Part shown: piece after piece, positions 29,001 through 64,000 of the stretch
How the letters are laid out: each line of letters opens with the position of its first letter
Numbering within the stretch: the stretch's first letter is position 1
NCBI GenBank assembly: GCA_964016885.1
Contig: OZ024765.1
Span: 1,240,001 to 1,304,000, forward strand
Origin: Eledone cirrhosa
Taxonomy: Eukaryota
DNA: 64,000 bases
Reading direction: 5' to 3'
Notes under the pieces: generated by a model
What the model saw: the letters and a program-made list of their open reading frames with translations, nothing else
The model's database searches: none
Told to the model about the DNA's origin: nothing
Program-made: the position numbers and the translations under genes

Positions 29001-30057
29001 ATGTGGGTCTCAATATGTAAACTAAACAACTAACACCGGTTTCAGAAAAATCATCAACTTCTGCGACCCTTTCTATCTTGGACCTTAAAGTATCCCTACA
29101 AAATCTCAATTAATAATCTGTATAATTGTGAAAGTAATCAAGAAAGCAACTTAGGAAAGTGAAAGGTAAAATTTTACAAAATAGTAAGTTGAATGAGTTG
29201 TTTCCCTTACATGAAAGACACTAAAACGAAGAGTCTACTGAATGCTAGAAATGGCAGCCACTGAAATATTAATAATAATGATAGTTTTAGTGGTCAAACA
29301 ACCTTCAAATATGGCCATATTCAACAGTTTAACCTAGAATATCTCACTAAACTGAAGGAAACCCTCTTCAGCGGTCAAAATACTAGAAATGGCGACTAAA
29401 TATCCCTCAAATCTCAGTGAAGAGACACTGGAAGTATTTAGAACAAATTCAATGATATATATAATATACGAGGGTAGGTTGACCAAGATACTCTCATGGA
29501 ATGACCAAATGAGGTTTATTTTTCAACATGCAAGATTTCACAGCTCTAGCATCACTCCTTCATAGGCTGGCCAAGATACACTCATGGAATGACCAAATGA
29601 GGCTTATTTTTCAACATGCAAGATTTTACAGCTCTAGCATCACTCCTTCATAATCTGACCAAGATACTCTTATGGAATGACCAATTGAGGCTTATTTTTC
29701 AACATGCAAGATTTCACAGCCTTAGCATCACTCCTTCATAGGCTGACCAAGATACTCTCATGGAATGACCAAATGAGGTTTATTTTACAATGCAGTTATT
29801 AATAGAAAGAGGTGAAATTAATGCATGCAAGATTTCAGAGCCCTATCATCATTCCTATGAACTTTTAAGCCTATATACACATATATATATCTATACATAT
29901 ATATACATATATATGTATATATATGTATAGATATATATATGTATATGTACATATATATGTATATATATATGTATAGATATATATATGTATATGTATATAT
30001 ACATATATATATACATATACATATATACATATATATATATATACATATATATGTATA

Positions 30058-30095
<38 letters not shown>

Positions 30096-30945
30096 CATCA
30101 TGGGAGGGTAATGGCTGAATTTTATTATTTAAACTGCGGCAGATTTTTTAATATCTTTCTCGCCACCTTGTCTCTTGTTTTATATAAGTAAATAATTAAA
30201 ACAAATAATTTATTCTCCAACTCCCTTTAATCTTAACATTAAATTTCCGTGGTCCGGTGAGGGGTTAAGGTAAAGCAAAGGTAATCGTTAAACCGGTGTC
30301 ACAATTAATGTTACCCCATTATTCTCCAAACAATGTTGGATATTACGATTATGCTGAAGAGATAAATTTAATATTTTCTTTGGTGGCTTCCTTGGTAGGA
30401 ATAAAGGATATTTTTTCTTACGTTCAAATTCTAGCTGAAGCTAAAGAAATAATTTTATTTAATTATTTATATATATATATCATTTGTATGTTAAAATAAA
30501 GAAAATTATTTTAACATACAAAATATAATATATATATATATATATATATGAGCTCTTGCCATTTCAATAGGTAGCTGAACTCGTCTAGAAACGCAATAGC
30601 TCAGCCGTCGGGTCCCGACTCTTTATAAAATAACCATACTCTACTATACCAAGTATCGAGTACTCCGTTGAGTAGTGGTATCCATCCACAAATACATAAA
30701 ACTTTACATCTTCCAAATATATATAATAAAATAAACAGAGATGATATAAAGCCCTTCACTTTACTTTACTAAATTTTTTACTTGATAACTTTCACAATTA
30801 TACAGATTATTAATTGAGATTTTGTAGGGATACTTTAAGGTCCCAGATAGAAAGAGTCGCAGAAGTTGATGATTTTTCTAGGTTGTCGCTCTTGATTTTT
30901 TCGAAACCAGATTTAGTCGTTTAGTTACATATTGAGACCCACATA
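29001..30945. mobile_element. Older, degenerate member of the A/R/B fold-back family
   Basis: A (29001-29478), ~3.5 R monomers (to ~29790), start of B, (TA)n, a B-end/spacer-like segment (30097-30210) and an inverted partial A' (30780-30945). Flanked by (TA)n on both sides. Confidence 0.75.
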
Positions 30946-31041
30946 ATATATATATATATACATACATACATATATATATATATACCTAAATATATGTGTA
31001 TATATATATATACATAAATATGTGTATATATATATACATAA

Positions 31042-31105
<64 letters not shown>

Positions 31106-31578
31106 ATGTGTGTGTGTATATACGCGAATGGGAAAGCATAAACAAATTGAGCAAGAGACTAGTGTTGTCCCCATGAAAAATCGGGACTTCTGCATTACTG
31201 CATAAGGCCAGATACCTCAGATTCTAGGGGGTTTTAACAATAGGGGCCCTTAATCCTACCACGCTTAATCTTACAGCTCACACTGGGTTCCTCTCATACC
31301 TAGTCTCTCCCTCAATTCGATCATGTTTCACCGTTCCTGTATATAACTATTACACATCCATTGGAGCAGGTTTAGATATAAACGAAAATAAAACAACTAC
31401 AACAACAAATTAGAAATACAGTTTTTCTTGTTATTTACATAAGTTAGCTTCTTGTGGGATGACTGTCCATGTGGACAAGAATAGCTGCCCAAGAACAGGT
31501 GCTCCTATTTAATATAGAGTCCATATATATAATACAGAGTACATGTATAACAATAAAGTATATATATAACAATATACA

Positions 31579-31616
<38 letters not shown>

Positions 31617-31878
31617 CAATACAGAGTATATATATAACAATATAGAGTACATATACAGAGTATATATATAATACAAAGTACATATATAATACAGAGTATT
31701 ATAATAGAATATAAAAGAAAAACTAACACAGATATATAGGCATATGTGTTCAAATCGTAAGGGAGCAGATTTGCTAAGGTGAAATGAATACTAACTATAG
31801 ACAATAGGGTTTGTTGCTTGTCTGAATGTAAGAAAAAATTAAGAAAATAAATACAAACCGGAATTATGGTAACTACCT

Positions 31879-31956
31879 ATCACCCAGACAACTTGTTGTT
31901 GTTTCGCAATGTCAATTGTGAATAGAATTACCAATTCAAGCTCATCAGTGGGTGAT
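31879..31956 (-). ncRNA. Type I hammerhead ribozyme (mirror copy)
   Basis: Reverse complement of 32059-32136 with intact core and helices I and III. Confidence 0.9.
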
Positions 31957-32058
31957 GAATTAGTATCCTAGACACATCTAAGTATGCTACATATAGAATA
32001 TATGCGATATGCGCTATTTTATATGTAGCATACTTAGATGTGTCTAGGATACTAATTC

Positions 32059-32136
32059 ATCACCCACTGATGAGCTTGAATTGGTAATTCTATTCACAAT
32101 TGACTTTGCGAAACAACAACAAGTTGTCTGGGTGAT
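32059..32136 (+). ncRNA. Type I hammerhead ribozyme (canonical core)
   Basis: atcaccca-CTGATGA-gc[long imperfect stem-loop]gc-GAAA-caac aacaa gttg-TC-tgggtgat: 8-bp helix I, 4-bp helix III, GUC triplet with predicted cleavage after 32128. Confidence 0.9.
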
Positions 32137-33294
32137 AGGTTGTTACCACAATTCCGGTTTGTATTTATTTTCATGATTTTTTCTTACATTGAGACAAGCA
32201 ACAAACCCTATTGTCTATAGTTAGTATTCATTTCACCTTAGCAAATCTGCTCCCTTACGATGGGAACAAATATGTCTATATATCTGTGTTTATCTCTCTT
32301 TTATATTCTATTATAATACACGGCTCGGAAATATCTCTTTCTTAGAGCTATTTTGTTGTAAGAGACTATTTTGAGTTTCTAACTCAATATATACCTTTGA
32401 TATAATACAGAGTACATATATGTAATACAGAGTACATATATATAATACAGAGTACATATATAACAATACAGAGTACATATATATAATACAGAGTACATAT
32501 ATATAATACAGAGTTCATATATATAATACAGAGTACATATATATAATACAGAGTACATATATAACAATACAGAGTACATATATATAATACAGAGTACATC
32601 TATATAACAACAAAGTACATATATATAATACAGAGTACATATATAACAATACAGAGTACATATGTAATACAGAGTACATATGTAACAATACGGAGTACAT
32701 ATATAACAATACAGAGTACATATATATATAATACAGAGTACATATGTAACAATACGGAGTACATATATATAATACAGAGTACATATATATATAATACAGA
32801 GTATATATATATAATACAGAGTACATATATATAATACAGAGTATATATAGAACAATATTCATGAAAATATTCTGGAGTACAGATCAATAGTTATGTCACA
32901 GCTCACCCTATGTAGGTTTAGCTGGCCTCCTACAAGGTTGTATCTCAGGAGGTTTGTTGGCTGTTTTAATGATAGGGACCTCAGTCCTGTCATCTTGTTG
33001 TCACAGTTTATGTAGGTTTAGTTGGCCTCCAGTATATATATATATATATATACATATATATACATACAGATATATATACATACAGATATATATATATGTG
33101 TATATATATGGTGGCTGCCAACTCGTTTTCGAGTACGACCACTACTTTATAACCATGTAGGAGAACCCCTACCGATGCGCTGAACGAGTGTGACTTTTTA
33201 GTCCAGCCAGATATACATACAGATATATATACATATATATACATACAGATATATATACATATATATACATACATACATATATATATATACATAC

Positions 33295-33357
<63 letters not shown>

Positions 33358-33454
33358 CATATATACATACAGATATACATATATATACATACAGATATAT
33401 ATATATTCATACATACATACATACATACATACATACAGATATATATATACATAC

Positions 33455-33495
<41 letters not shown>

Positions 33496-33784
33496 CATAC
33501 AGATATATATACATACAGATATATATATATATATGTTGATTTAAAACTTCACTATTCACAAGTGTTTTTTAACCTTCATATCATATCTTCCTATTTTATC
33601 TGATGAAAACACAAATGTTATTGCAGGATGATATTTGTTTTTGAAATGTGCATAATAAAATACATGGAACTCTTTTAACCATCTTTTGATCTTATATATT
33701 ATATATATATACATACATACATACATACATATATCATCATCGTTTAACGTCCATGTTCCATATATATATATACATACATACATA

Positions 33785-33830
<46 letters not shown>

Positions 33831-33918
33831 CATGTATATATATATATAGAGAGAGAGAGAGACAGAAAGAGGGAAGGTAACAACAAACAAAAACACACAT
33901 ATACACACACAGACTGTC

Positions 33919-63319
<29,401 letters not shown>

Positions 63320-63487
63320 CTGTCAATCAGAACAAAAAAAAAACACAGAAAAAAAGAGAAACTGTTAAGGAAAGATAAACTAAACACACCTGCAACACAC
63401 ACACACGTATCTATGTAATATATATACACGTATACACATTCACATTTATATATATATACACCTATATATATATATATATGGAGGCAG

Positions 63488-63925
63488 TGTAGGTGTCATG
63501 ACAAAAAGCACCCAGTCCACACTGTAAAGTGGTCATGTAGGTGTCACGACAAAAAGCACCCAGTCCACACTGTAAAGTGGTCATGTAGGTGCCATGACAA
63601 AAAACAACCAGTCCACACTGTAAAGTGGTCATGTAGGTGCCACGACAAAAAACAACCAGTCCACACTGTAAAGTGGTCATGTAGGTGTCACGACAAAAAG
63701 CACCCAGTCCACACTGTAAAGTGGTCATGTAAGTGTCATGACAAAAAGCACCCAGTCAACGCCGTAAAGTATTTGGTGTTAGGAAGGGCATCCAGCCGTA
63801 GAAAACCTGCCAGAAACAGTTCTGTACAAGTAAGACACAGTCTCGCGACCAAACTAATCTTGCCTCAAGTGGGACAAAACCGTCTAACCCATGCTAGAGT
63901 GGAAGATGGACGTTAAACGATGATA
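63488..63925 (+). repeat. 48-bp SINE-derived minisatellite running into a SINE 3' end
   Basis: cccagtccacactgtaaagtggtcatgtaggtgtcacgacaaaaagca x5-6, then ggtgttaggaagggcatccagc...ggacgttaaacgatgat. Confidence 0.88.
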
Positions 63926-64000
63926 GATATGTATAGAAATTTGGTTGATTGAAAATCTGCCGACTTTTTCTTAACAGATGTAAAGCACTCCACGCTTTTT

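Larger units (their letters stand above)
31696..32318. mobile_element. ~620-bp palindrome with two divergent hammerhead ribozymes (inverted pLTR/retrozyme-like)
   Basis: Arms ~31696-31996 and ~32019-32318 are reverse complements around a ~20-bp centre. Sits between tataatacagagtacata minisatellite tracts (31528-31700, 32400-32850). Confidence 0.85.

Noticed and set aside
30570-30610. Possible hammerhead in gctgaactcgtctagaaacgcaatagc
   Set aside because: The core deviates from CUGANGA and helix II does not form; at best a decayed relic.

Overview
Repeat-rich animal genomic DNA, probably an Octopus-like cephalopod. That is an inference from the tRNA-SINE/RTE repertoire and (TA)n/(CA)n/(CAT)n-filled introns. 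There are four zones. (1) 1-16125: an AT-rich satellite with a 715-bp higher-order repeat built from ten 71/72-bp monomers. (2) 16125-25113, with relics to about 30945: a roughly 9-kb nested 'palindrome of palindromes' made of 87/88-bp tandem arrays, three ~750-bp fold-back cores and a ~490-bp terminal module abutting (TA)n. (3) 25114-28818: a decayed Penelope-like retroelement (RT + Cys motif + GIY-YIG) whose 3' region carries a minimal U3/A8-variant hammerhead motif. Separate palindromes at ~32.0 kb and ~36.5 kb each carry two divergent hammerheads. (4) 33919-63319, minus strand: 21 phase-compatible exons (7158 nt) of a senataxin/Sen1-type SF1 helicase whose 5' end lies beyond the window. 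Its 4-kb exon encodes ten acidic-F/Y-x-x-x-TQ-[VI]-[DEC] motifs, and its introns hold SINEs, RTE fragments and TE-seeded minisatellites. Nearly all short ORFs in the track are repeat artefacts. All coordinates were read by eye.
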